Made by a program: the position numbers and the translations under genes. A DNA stretch of 64,000 bases from Dipteris shenzhenensis (lineage: Eukaryota): the NCBI GenBank assembly GCA_047967505.1, contig CM106538.1; one strand, written 5' to 3'. A model generated the notes under the pieces. It saw nothing but the letters and a program-made list of their open reading frames with translations, was not told where the DNA came from and searched no databases. Of this stretch, positions 1 to 11,419 are shown one piece after another (within the stretch, counting starts at the first letter, position 1; each line of letters starts with the position of its first letter).

Positions 1-1025
1 TAAGCACAAGCTTATGCTTTCTCTCTTTTTCTCTTATGCTCATATGTTCATGCATAAGTATAAGCATATGCTTTCTTTCTTTTTCATAAGCATATGCCTA
101 TGCCTATGCTTATGCTTATGCTTATGCATGAGCATATGCTCATATGCTTATGCATAAGCACAAGCATATGCTTTCTCTCTTTTTCCCTCTCTTTTTCTCT
201 TCTTTTCATAAGCATATGCCTATGCCTATGCCTATGCTTATGCTTATGCTTATGCATGAGCATCTGCTCATATGCTTATGCATAAGCACAAGCACATGCT
301 TTCTCTCTTTTTCTCTTATGCTCATATGCTCCTGCATAAGCATAAGCATATGATTTCTTTCTTTTTCTCTTATGCTTATGCTCTTTTTCCCTCTTCCTTC
401 TCTTATGCTTATGCTCTTTTCCTCTCTTCTTTTTCCCCTCTTTCGATCTCTTTTTCCCTCTTCCTTCTCTTCTTTTTCCCTCTTCTTTTTCCCCTCTTAT
501 GCTTCTCTTTTCCCCTCTTCCTTCTCTTATGCTTATGCTCTTTTCCCCTCTTCCTTTTCCCCTCTTTCAATCTCTTTTCCCCTCTTTCAATCTCTTCCCC
601 CTCTTTCAAACATGTGCTTTCTCTCTTTTTCTCTCATGCTCATATGCTCATGCATAAGCATAAGCATATGCTTTCTTTCTTTTCTCTTATGCTTATGCTC
701 TTTTTCCCTCTTCCTTCTCTTATGCTTATGCTCTTTTCCCCTCTTCTTTTTCCCTTCTTTCAATCTCTTTTCCCCTCTTCCTTCTCTTCTTTTCCTCTCT
801 TATTTTTCCCTTCTTTTAATCTCTTTTCCCCTCTTTCAATCTCTTTTTCCCCTCTTTTAATCTATTTTTCCCTCTTTCAAACATATATTTTCTCTCTTTT
901 TCTCTTATGCTCATATGCTCATGCATAAGCATAAGCATATGCTTTCTTTCTTTTTTCCTTATGCTTATGCTCTTTTCCTCTCTTCTTTTTTCCCTCTTTT
1001 GATCTCTTTTTCCCTCTTCCTTCTT
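1..1025. repeat. Low-complexity CT-rich minisatellite with TATGCT/AGCATA hexamer runs
   Basis: Recurrent blocks such as 'tgctcatatgctcatgcataagcataagcatatgctttc' at roughly 270-320 bp spacing, separated by 'ttttcccctct' units. Perfect palindrome TGCTTATGCATAAGCA at 145-160. Confidence 0.85.
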
Positions 1026-1544
1026 GAGTTTGAATTTCATAATTGTCTCAAGTAATTAATTGTCTTTTCGCTTCTCACCCACTCTTGTTTTTTGTTTTCG
1101 TGTTTGTGTCTACGTTTGTCCAATCCCCCCAAATTAGACCGAGGACCATGTCGCACGTCTAACAAGTACAGAAACCTTCGTAGGAGGAGACATCATGATC
1201 TCTACTCTCCAGAGGACTTTGATTCCACTCAAGCGACACCTCAGAAGCCTACCCTTGTGACTACTCCTGATCGATGCCTCTCGGATGTAGCACTGTGACT
1301 ACCCTCTGGGAACTCCTTTGCTAGTAGCCCATGGCTTTGTTGGGAGTCCCGACGAGTTTGTCGCATAGATGACTGATGCGGAGGCAATGAGATTCTTCTC
1401 TTTGCTATCCCAAAGGACCTCAGCAAACCCTCTCTTACATCGATGGTTGGACCTATTGTCCAACCGTCCCCTCTAGCCCCTTCGACTGAGGGGTCATCAC
1501 CTAGGCATGCCCATCGTAAGGGAAGGAATTGTAGGAACATACAT

Positions 1545-2450
1545 GCATCACAACTCTTCTAATGCTTCTAGTGGAGACTGTGGCAACTCTTATGATGCTT
1601 CCAATGGAGGCTGTGGTGCTCTAGATGTACACTCAGTCTCTACTTCTTTCTGTAGTATGTAGTGCTTTCAGAGTAGACTTAGTATCCTCTTCCTTAAATG
1701 CAAAAGCAGAGGCTGTGGCAACTCTTCTGATGCTTCCAGTGGAGGCTATGGTGCTGTAGGTGTACACTGAGTCTCTACTTATTCTGTAGTGTGCAGTGCT
1801 TCCACAGTAGACTCAGTCTCCTCTTCCTTAAATGCAAGCTCTGATATTGCTTCAGTTGCACGTTCTATTCTAATGGCAGCAATTAGGTCTCGAATGATTT
1901 CAGCCCTAAACAATTATATATCCTCCTTTGAATATTTGAGCTCCAAAGAGTTTTCCAATGAGACCTGTGGCTTAAGTGAGAAAATTTCTTTGAAAATCAA
2001 ATGCAGTTATATGCAACTCTCCACCACAACTATGCCCATCTTCTTGCTCTACTACTAAACGCTTTTGGAAGTCTAGCGAGTTTTTGTACTATCCTATTTC
2101 TTTGATAGTAGATACCAACTTCTCAACCGACCTGCTCATCATGACATATTAAAAAAACTTAGTGTGTCTATTACATAAGGTACATAATATAGAAGTAACA
2201 ACAGATTAATAGAATACTTACGTTTGCACTGAGCCATGAAAGCTTGCAATTGAGTTGACAAACCAGTAATACTTGCCTTCAAGGTCCCAAACCACCAGAC
2301 TCCAATGTTCCCTACATGAAAAATTAAGAACCATTATTATTTAACACAATGTTGCCAGTATAAGATGAAAATAAAGGTTGCCATGATACTTACATCTTGT
2401 GATATGCCATAAATAGGACTCGCACGCCATGTAAATGTAAAGACTGTAAC
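1545..2450 (-). pseudogene. 3' part of a spliced Ulp1/C48-like cysteine protease gene (second protease domain)
   Basis: GT-AG-bounded minus-strand exons translate to LQSLHLHGVRVLFMAYHK / EHWSLVVWDLEGKYYWFVNSI (about 2220-2311) / VVEQEDGHSCG-(frameshift)-WRVAYNC (about 2005-2055). HW and QxDxxxCG are C48-type motifs. A duplicated segment of about 135 bp lies at 1575-1830. Confidence 0.65.
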
Positions 2451-2747
2451 TATTGGAAAACTGAAGGAAAAGAGTAGAGTGGACACAAACTCAGAATACT
2501 TGCATTACTTGCTTGTAGAATGAAGAAGAGTGAGGTCCTTAAGTAGGCACCTCATACATGCTCACTGACATCACTGATGACCTCAGAGCTCCACAATCAT
2601 CTCCTCAATCTGCTCCTAGATTCTCTCAATCATCCTATGTGGCTCTCCACCACCTAACTGTGCTTGTGGGCACCTAACTGTGCCTCTAGCACTCACACAT
2701 AGAAACATAAGGTGTGCCTGAGGCATACACCTTGAGATATCCCAACA
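2451..2747 (-). repeat. 3' LTR (297 bp) of the gag-only element
   Basis: Plus strand reads tattgg...cccaaca. Adjacent to the PPT (minus strand GAGGGGGGGTT). Matches 9357-9635. Confidence 0.85.
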
Positions 2748-3121
2748 AACCCCCCCTCAAGGAAATGCCTCAGACTATGTCAAGGATACATCTAGTCTCA
2801 TAGTTTCTCATGCCATCTCATGGTGGTCAAGGATAAATCTATGGCTAGGTTCTCATGCTAGCAAGGGTTCCCTTGGGTGTAAGGTAAACAAAAAGGGATA
2901 CAGAAAGACCTTCGAATGGTTATCTCCCCTACATGTACATGCACACAATGTCTACAGGAGGTACCATGGAACAAAACATACACATGGCCTACATCATAAG
3001 GTGACCAGAGGTGTTTACAAAACACACAAAAGACAATAGTTTATTTTCATTCATTTTGGAGGACTATCCAGGCTGAGTACCTTGACATAAAAAGAGAGAT
3101 CTGGAGCATACATAGAGATGT

Positions 3122-3949
3122 TTAAAATGCATAATCTTCATGGGATGCCTCATCTTGTGGAGGCTCAACTGAAAGTAGATTTGCATTTTCTTTCTTTGCT
3201 TTGGCTCTGCAAAACTTCTCATTATGGTTGTTCTTGCCACAGTGCTTGCATGGATTAATTTTGAAGCAGTCCTTTGAAAGGTGATTTGTCTTTCCACAGT
3301 GATTGCAAGGAGTATACTTGCCCTTCTGGACTTTTATAGCATAAGCAGTGTCATTGCCTTTCCTGAGCTCCATATGCCTTTCTTCTTCTTGGAGAGCAAA
3401 GATAATACCTTCAAGATTAGGATTAGGAAGATTTTTCAAAGTGGTAACTATGTGATCATAATCTTCAGGCATGCTCTTAAGTAACACTGCCATAGCATCA
3501 TCTGGAGAAATAGGAGAGTTGATAGAAGCTAATTGAGTCATAAGACTCTGCATATAGTTGACATGAGCTGCTAAAGTAGTACCACTAGTCATCTTCAATT
3601 CAAAGAAAGAGATTTTAAGTGATAGTTTAGAGATGTGAGAGCTAGCACCAAAAATCATGTCAAGCTTCTGCCAAGCTTCCGAAGGAGACTCCAAGTCAGA
3701 GATATGGTGTATATAATCATCTCCTAAAGCAAGAGCAATGATACCATATGCTTTTTCTTCTCTAGCTGGATCCCTTGTCGGTCGTGTCAGAGTTGAGGAT
3801 TCTCCAGCATTGGAGGCCGTAGAAGAAGCGGTAGGAGTAGGTTTGACAAGTCCCCATAAGTTCTCCCTCATCAATGCAAATTTCACCTTCATCTGCCATG
3901 TATGGAAGCCCTTTCCATTGAACTTTTCTAGATTCAATAGGGTAGCCAT
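3122..3949 (-). CDS. gag: Copia-type Gag with two CCHC zinc knuckles
   Basis: MATLLNLEKFNGKGFHTWQMKVKFALMRENLW N-terminus, UBN2-like core (AWQKLD...LLKSMPEDYD...LQEEE), and knuckles CNHCGKTNHLSKDC and CKHCGKNNHNEKFC. The stop follows directly, with no protease or pol. Confidence 0.85.
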   Translation of the reverse strand: MATLLNLEKFNGKGFHTWQMKVKFALMRENLWGLVKPTPTASSTASNAGESSTLTRPTRDPAREEKAYGIIALALGDDYIHHISDLESPSEAWQKLDMIFGASSHISKLSLKISFFELKMTSGTTLAAHVNYMQSLMTQLASINSPISPDDAMAVLLKSMPEDYDHIVTTLKNLPNPNLEGIIFALQEEERHMELRKGNDTAYAIKVQKGKYTPCNHCGKTNHLSKDCFKINPCKHCGKNNHNEKFCRAKAKKENANLLSVEPPQDEASHEDYAF

Positions 3950-4797
3950 GAGAGGGTCTAACCCAGATATTGGGCAGTGTCTATCTCTCTTACAAGGCAA
4001 AAAAAAAAAAACTGAAAGACTTCCAAAATATGAGCACTTGATGTAGCAAAGACTAGTGACCAATATTCAAACAATGATGCTTCTTCTTACATGCTTCACA
4101 GAGGTGGCTTAAAATGAGAACTTTCCAATCAAAACCAGGTCTAGTAATTCAAAACAAAACTGAAGCCACACTTGTACTGAAGTTATTGAAAGCTTCAAAA
4201 TACCAGAATTGCTAGAGTAGCATTTTATGTAGCATCATCTTCAACAGCTTATCAAAACTGTCAAAACTAAAGAGCTGAACTTGGAGGGCTTATAGCTCAC
4301 TCTTCAAAGCAAAAGAAAGGGGGATTTTTGAGGCAAAAGAAAGCTGGTATACCACAGTAGATTCTCTGGGAAGAAGAGGCACAAAAACGCATCAGGTCAC
4401 CTTCTCTTTCTTCTACAAAGTCGACTAGTTTTTCTCTGTTTTCTCCTTCAATATGCAGCCATTGCTGCTCAAATTTCAGCACAAGGTAGCCCAAGGATGG
4501 AGAAGCTTCCCCTAAAAGGAATTAGAGAAAGAAGGAGCAGGCGCAGAGAAAACACAGGAAGAGAAATCGACGAAAACCTTGTAATGGCGATCAGCAGAGA
4601 TGGAGGTTCTTCAATTCCTTGCAGTCAAAAGTTCGCCCCTTCAAGGTGGATCTCCAGCAGGAAGGGCATGGGAAATGGTTGAGAACCTGAGGAGAATAGG
4701 CTTAAGCAAATTTTGGGAAGAAGAGGGAGAGATGGTGAAGAAGAAGAAGATGATGATGATGATGATGTGGTAGAAATGGGCTCAAGGGGGATCAAAT

Positions 4798-4810
4798 GGC
4801 TCTGATACCA
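4798..4810 (-). promoter_or_regulatory. Primer-binding site (tRNA-iMet type)
   Basis: Reverse complement is TGGTATCAGAGCC, directly adjacent to the LTR terminus tgttggaaa at 4811. Confidence 0.9.
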
Positions 4811-5007
4811 TGTTGGAAAGCATATGTGTCTACATGTTGTCTATAATAGGGTGCACACTCCCTCTTCTCCTTCGAGGAAAATCTCTCCTTCCTTGCTCAA
4901 ATCGTCCTCCTTTCGTTCCTCCATTATCTTCATTTTCTTTGAAATTCTCTCCTTTCCTTTGATATTCAAGCCCCTCTCATCTTCCCCTAGCATCCATGGA
5001 CCCTACA

Positions 5008-5057
<50 letters not shown>

Positions 5058-5690
5058 TGAACCACATACAAACATTCTATAAAAATCCCCCCCTCCCCCC
5101 CCCCCACACACACAAATAAAAACACACACACACACTCTCTCTCTCTCTCCCCTCACTCTCTCTTGCCATCTCTGGCCTTCCACTTTAGCCCGCTGCCCTA
5201 TCTCCCTTCATTGTGCACACCATGTCTACCTCAGCTGTCTTCTACATCAAATAGCCTCAATAGCATTTTGGAGTGCTCTTGTGAGCCATTTGGAGGGGTT
5301 TGGACCTGTTGTAGCACTCTTTTTCACACTTTGAGGCATATCTTTGCTGCTCTTTGATTCGGGTTCACATTTGGAGCATCACTAGGCATTTATATATGCT
5401 CTTTTGCACACAATGAGAATGTTGTTTTGTTTTGAAGACTGTGACCAGCCCATTTATTTTCTGGTTCTTCATCTTAGCTTGCCGCCCACCTTCACACAAG
5501 TCTTTGCTATCATGACCATTGTCTTCTACTTCCTTGCTCGTGGAGAACTCTGAGGGGGATGGTTTTGCTGCAGCAAACCAAATTGCTAATGTATTGCTGT
5601 GGATTGAGAAAACTTATTAGTTGTACTGCATGAATGGACTCCATCATTAAGCTAATGTATTGCTGTAGAGAATAGTCCATATCTCAAGAC

Positions 5691-6295
5691 ATGAGCTCAC
5701 CAGCAAAAAGGCAATGCATAAGATCAAATATATTTGAATGTGATGATAAGTCTAATGTAGAAGATGATGGAGATGGTTTCAAACACCCTCCTATCATGAA
5801 AGATGCTTCCTTGTGGAGACTACACAGATGTATAGAAGTACCTTACTATCTAAATCCACTCTTGCAGCTTGGGAGAAAGAGATTGTTTGAATTAATATGA
5901 AGTTGAATGCAAGGAAAGTATCAAGAGATGATAATTTTGAGCTATTAACAGAGGATTTAGATGGGAAGCCAATGGTTCGAGTATGGTGTCATGAATGCGG
6001 TATACCATATGGTTCTGGCTCTATTGAAGGAAAGCAAGCAGCCTATAACTATCCCTCAAACTTCATGAGAACTCATATATTGGAAGGAAAGGGACATGAA
6101 AGAAGATATCTGATTAATCGTGGCTTAAAATTAGAAGCATCAACACACAATAAAACCATCAAAATAAAATACATCAATGTCTTCAATGTCCTCCAAGTCA
6201 TGAAGAAAACCTTTGCAAATGCCAAATTCCCAACCTACAATTTTTGGACAGCTTGTACTACTCAAACACATTGTTTGATGTTACATGAGGGATAA
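5691..6295 (+). pseudogene. Frameshifted ORF pair with a C2H2/BED-like zinc-finger motif, probably TE-derived
   Basis: VWCHECG...NFMRTHILEGKGH spacing in ORF 5897-6295; the upstream ORF 5691-5900 overlaps it in another frame. Confidence 0.35.
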
Positions 6296-6724
6296 AATAT
6301 AAAATTTTCATGCATTTCTCTAAATGCTTGCCTACCTTTTCACCATTTCAAGTAAAGTTGAAGGGCTATACATGTCATTATCCATGACTAAAGGGTATTC
6401 CTACACATAACTTAGAGACAGTCCATTGTTAGTAATATCAAAGATTCCACTACTTTTCACCCCTATGTTGAAATAGGCTCTTGAGACCCCCACTTGTAAA
6501 GAATATAGGCAAGGAAGGTACATACACTTGTTGCAACTTGGGAAGAGATACTTCCTCTCCTTGAAGTTCAAGATGTGGCAACACATCCTTCCTCTTGGGA
6601 AGCTTATGTGGACCCTTACCAAAACCTTCTGACTATATTTACTTAGTCAAACTATAAGTTCAAGTCATCCAATGCATTTTAAGAGTTCTAGAACATACTA
6701 GAGTTGATAATATTGTCAACTTCT

Positions 6725-7050
6725 GTCACTTTCTTCTTGATCTTACCTCTACAACACATTAGAGCACACAATATTGCCAGCTTTGGTCACTTTGTTCATA
6801 ACCATGCCTCTACAACACATTGGAGCTCACAATATTGCCAGCTCGTGTCAGTTTCTTCCTGACCATGCCTGCAAAACACACTAGAGCTCACAATATGGCT
6901 AGCTTTGGTCACTTTGTTCCTGACCATGCCTCTACAACACACTGGAGCTCACAATATTGCTTTTTGTGTCACTTTCTTCCTTCCCATGCCTCTCGAACAC
7001 ACTAGGGCTCACAACATTGCCATCTTTTGTCACTTTGTTCCAAACCATGC
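6725..7050. repeat. 61-bp tandem repeat, about 5.4 copies
   Basis: Units starting gtca(c/g)ttt at 6725, 6786, 6847, 6908, 6968 and 7029. Confidence 0.85.
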
Positions 7051-7771
7051 TTGTTGGGAAAACAATAGATGTAGGAGGGGAAAGAGCTATTGTATCCTAT
7101 GTGACATGGAAAAGCAAGAGGAAAAAAGCACCCATAGGGGGGCAAAGAGTTGATGTAGCAAAAGGAAAAGCACTGTAGAAGGGAAATAGCATCTATAGAA
7201 GGGAAAGAGCACTTGTAGTAGCAGAGGGCTGAGCAAGAGGCCATAGTGCAAAAGAGGGTAGATCAAGAGAGGAAAGAGAAGGCAACGGTAGAGCATGAGG
7301 GGATAGAGTAGGAGGAGACACAAAAATAGTGGTAAGAGTAGGAGAGAGAAGATGAGCTGTAGGAGGTGCTGCAACCCAAATTTTGAAAAATGGAGGGACA
7401 TAACAGTTGGACCAGAGCAGAGGAGAAGAGAGAGAGGGGGGCAGGCCTACAATAGCCTAGAGGACAATAGAAATTCGTCCAAAAGGTCCCACAATGCAGT
7501 TGGACCAGAGCAGAGGAGCAAAGAAAGAGGGGGTAGACCTGCAATACACCCAAGGAGAAGAAACATTTACCCACAAGGGCCCCCAAAGACTTAAATGAGA
7601 TTTGGGGCTGATCTAGGGTGGGTGCACATGGAAGGGTGGTCAAGCAAGGGTTAAAGGAAGGGAGGATGGTTTGGGTGGTCCCCAATGTAACAGGGATAGA
7701 CAATAGGGGATCTTTGCATGCCTGCCATCCCTCCACCTCAACATACCATTGCCCCACACAAATGAGTACTC

Positions 7772-8560
7772 TCATTGGTACACCTCAAATCCCTCTCTAA
7801 TCCCTTGAAATTTAGAAACACTAATTGGAGGCTCTTTTGAGACGCCATTTCTCTCGTAATGTTTTCTTTGCTTTAGTTTTAGAATTTGCTTTAGAGTTCT
7901 TGTCTTTTCCATTTTTCTTCCTCTTTTTCCCTTCTGCTTCCTCATCCAAATATTTGTCGAAACTGTCATCCTCTGAACTATGACTTTCCTCGGTCTTTGA
8001 GTCAAAATCCTCCTCCTCATCAGACTCTGAGTCAGAATCACTATGCTTTTTCTTCTTGACCTTCTTTTCTTTGTTCTTTTTCACACCAAATCTTCTCTCC
8101 GCTCTTTGAATTCAACTAGGTTATTGAAATCATTTTCTCCAACAAGTTGGTCACGGTGCTACTGCAGTCTGCAACTCCTTGTTGAGTCCTTTGCAAAAAT
8201 AGTCTCCCAACTGTTCTTTAGAGGATTTTTGCCATGTTGCAAGTCTTTTATTTAGGTTTTTGAATTTTTGTTCATAGTCTTTCACCAATAAGTCTTTTTG
8301 CTTCATGTTGTGAAGTCTTTTAAGCACTGTCTCTGGCGTCTTTTCCTTCCAAAGGCTTTTGAAGAATGATCCCTTCAAAGTATCATATGTAGTAAAGTGT
8401 GCTAGCCCATACTGCATGAACTAACTCATTGGCTTCCCTTCCAATGTGGCTACAAACTAATCCTTTACATCATCAGTTAATCCCTAGAAACCACTTGCAA
8501 TCCATCAGGTTTCAAACTACCCTACATGATTGTCAGGGTCTTGTTCTTTTTGCGTGCAAA
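7772..8560 (-). pseudogene. Decayed Ty3/Gypsy gag fragment
   Basis: DPDNHV..FET, then YDTLKGSF...LHNMKQKDLLVKDYEQKFKNL...YFCKGLNKELQ (retrotransposon gag pattern) and a K/E/D/S-rich tail. Contains stops and frameshifts. Confidence 0.65.
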
Positions 8561-9356
8561 CTTTGCATCTTTAACCAATTGATTTTGGTTTGGGTGTGCG
8601 TTTGGGTTTTGGCTTGGCTTCGGAATTGGATTTGGATTTGGGTTTGCCATGATGACAGGTACTGGGACAAGTTGTCTCCTTCTTGGTTGAGGTGGCAATG
8701 GATTGAACCTGCTTTTTTGAGTTGCTACACAAACTCTTGCTGCCAGATAGGATCCATAGGTAGTTCTGATAAATCACCTAAAGTGCTGGATGCACTGTGG
8801 CATGTATCTCTGCATGCGGCAGAAGATGTGAGTGCCTTGTACTGATGAGGGCTTATGTGTTGAATAATTGCATGATCATAGGTAAACTCTTGCTGAGTAT
8901 CTGCATCTGTGGCAAAAGATGGAGTCAAATCCATGCATAAGAGTGATGATGATTGTACATTACTAGAATCAGACTGAGTTGATGTAGATGGGACTACCTC
9001 ATATTGAGGATTTATTATCAAATATGCCTTATGCTGAGGGCTTATTGCCAAATGTGCCTCATGCTGAGAGCTTACCAAGAAGTGTGCCTCATGCTGAGGG
9101 CTTACCAAGGAATGTGCATGATCAAAAACTGCGGGATGATCCATGCTAACATGTGAAGAATCTCCATTTGATCTGTCAAGGCCAATGAGGCTCGAGTCTG
9201 CATCATATACTGGTACATACCTTGTGGCAAAAAATGGTTGAAGAAGGTTCTCTTTCCACTCACAGATCTCATTTGGATTCATGACTGGTATATCATCAAT
9301 TGTGTGATGTGGATAACTCCATGCTGGAGGCAGTCTCGGCTCTATGCAAGAGGCTT

Positions 9357-9635
9357 AAAGAGTAGAGTGGACACAAACTCAGAATACTTGCATTACTTGC
9401 TTGTAGAATGAAGAAGAGTGAGGTCCTTAAGTAGGCACCTCATACATGCTCACTGACATCACTGATGACCTCAGAGCTCCACAATCATCTCCTCAATCTG
9501 CTCCTAGATTCTCTCAATCATCCTATGTGGCTCTCCACCACCTAACTATGCTTGTGGGAACCTAACTGTGCCTCTAGCACTCACACATAGAAACATAAGG
9601 TGTGCCTGAGGCATACACCTTGAGATATCCCAATA
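9357..9635 (-). repeat. Major part of the 5' LTR of the gag-only element
   Basis: Near-identical to about 2469-2747, followed by TSD GTAAC. The missing terminus is at 4811-4820. Confidence 0.85.
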
Positions 9636-11110
9636 GTAACCATTTACAAACATCAACTATCGTCTTTCCACTATCACTATGTATAGGAGAAAGGAGGGAA
9701 TCCAACATATACACATGGTTTTGTACAGCTCTACAAAATCGTGAGATAACTATACTGCACAACAAATAAATGAATATTAGCTTATTAGATTTAATCAAAA
9801 TATTGAATTATCAAGCAGAGAAAAATTTTGTATCAAACCTGAGAATGGCCATCATAACATTGTTATTGACCTCATTTGAAGCTCTAAAGAAAATTGAAAT
9901 CTCCTCTCCACCAAATTCAAGATATTGAGGTCTATGTTGAATCATAACCCTAATAATAAAAGAGCTTCCCAATTCTTCCAATGAAGCCATGTTTGTAGAG
10001 TTGCGGTCTTCCATCCCCTTTGACTCTTTGACGGCATTCATTTCGCACTTCTCAAAGCCATTATCTATTTGACTTGTGGGAGGGTCCATAATGTTCCCCT
10101 TAATGATTGCTTGAATGGTACATGGTATAAATGCATAGAGATGCAAGTCCGTATATGTTGATAGTGTGGTGTCATTTTGTATCTCAAAAATTTGACCAAG
10201 TACCAAAAAGCAATTGTAGCCCACCCTCCATCCACAATTATAGATGTGGCTATCCTCTTGATGTGATACCTGACATGTTATATACTCTATTTGTTGTGCC
10301 AAGTCACGTTGCTTCATTACTGTGTCGATAGAACCTACCAACTTTTGAGCCGATCTACACATCAAAACATATAACAATAGTGAATATGTGCATTGCATAT
10401 CAATCTACTTGTCAAGAAGTGACAACAAGTGTAGTCTATACTTACTCTAACATAGTGCCATGGATGGATGTCATTGAGTTTGCAAAGAAGCACTTCTTAG
10501 AAAAGACGTCCACGACCACCAAACTCCAATGTGAGCTGCATTATCAATAAAGAATAATTACTATGTTTGAGACAATTCTAGCAACGCAATAGAAAAAAAC
10601 AAGTAGGGTTTGATGCTTACTTCTCATAATATGCTGTAAAGATAACTCGTGCCTCATTCATAGGAACGTGCTTCAACCACTTGCAAACATCCTCTATGGT
10701 TTCTTTTTTGTTTCTAAGCACTTCCGAAATAAGAGGATCAAGCATATATTAAACTCTTTGTATATTTTGAGGAAAATCTGCTATAACATTACTATATTTT
10801 TTTAAAAAAGTATTAGCTTCTTGGGTTTAATCAAAATAAGCAAAGTATAAAGCCAAGGAAAAGGCTACATCAAACTTGAGGATGGTTGTAATGACTTTGA
10901 CATTAACCTCTTTCTTAGGATTCAAGAGATTAAAATCTCTTCTTCACCAAATTCAAAAAAATGAGGTTGTTGTCGAATTAACAACATAGCAGTGAATGAA
11001 CTTCCAATCTGCTACAATAGAGTCATATTTTCATGACTCATCTTATTGAGAGAGTAGTCTACATCATATTCTTCTTCACTTGCTATGTCTTCTACATCCT
11101 CCTTTTGCTA
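9636..11110 (-). pseudogene. 5' part of the tandem Ulp1/C48-like protease gene (domain 1 and start of domain 2)
   Basis: Exons DVCKWLKHVPMNEARVIFTAYYE / HWSLVVVDVFSKKCFFANSM (about 10446-10535) / QVSHQEDSHIYNCGWRVGYNC. The segment GSSF...P.(Y/F).EFG.EEI...EVN occurs twice (about 10860-11010 and 9830-9970). Confidence 0.65.
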
Positions 11111-11419
11111 TAAAAATATAAAAAAGTTATGAGATGTACACATCCCAAATAAAGGCTTAAACAAGCATAGAAATATAAAGATAAGATTTCATACATGCTA
11201 CAATGTAGTCATATTTTTAGGTTGGGGAAGAGAAAGAAAAAGATCAAGTACTTCTATTGCAACAAGGCAAGGTACAAGTAGAATGAGTGCCGAAAGAAGA
11301 TTGCAGATGAGAAGAACGGAGTGAAGAAAGAGTCTAGCAATAGCGCGCAGATAGTACCTATAGAGCTATTCATAGCAATTGAGGAGATTTGCATGGAGGC
11401 AGTTCATGTACCTGCGGAT

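Larger units (their letters stand above)
2451..9635 (-). mobile_element. Gag-only (TR-GAG-like) non-autonomous Copia-type LTR retrotransposon with an interrupted 5' LTR
   Basis: Near-identical LTR sequence at 2451-2747 and 9357-9635. TSD GTAAC at 2446-2450 and 9636-9640. PBS at 4798-4810 and PPT at 2748-2758. The internal region of about 2 kb carries only gag. Confidence 0.85.

Noticed and set aside
94-1040. ORFs rich in L/F/S/M or K/R/E
   Set aside because: Translations of low-complexity repeats.
6725-7050. 61-bp unit as ancestor of the 182-bp monomer (3 x 61 = 183)
   Set aside because: Only short shared words (gaccatgc, cacaata) with different spacing; not supportable by eye.
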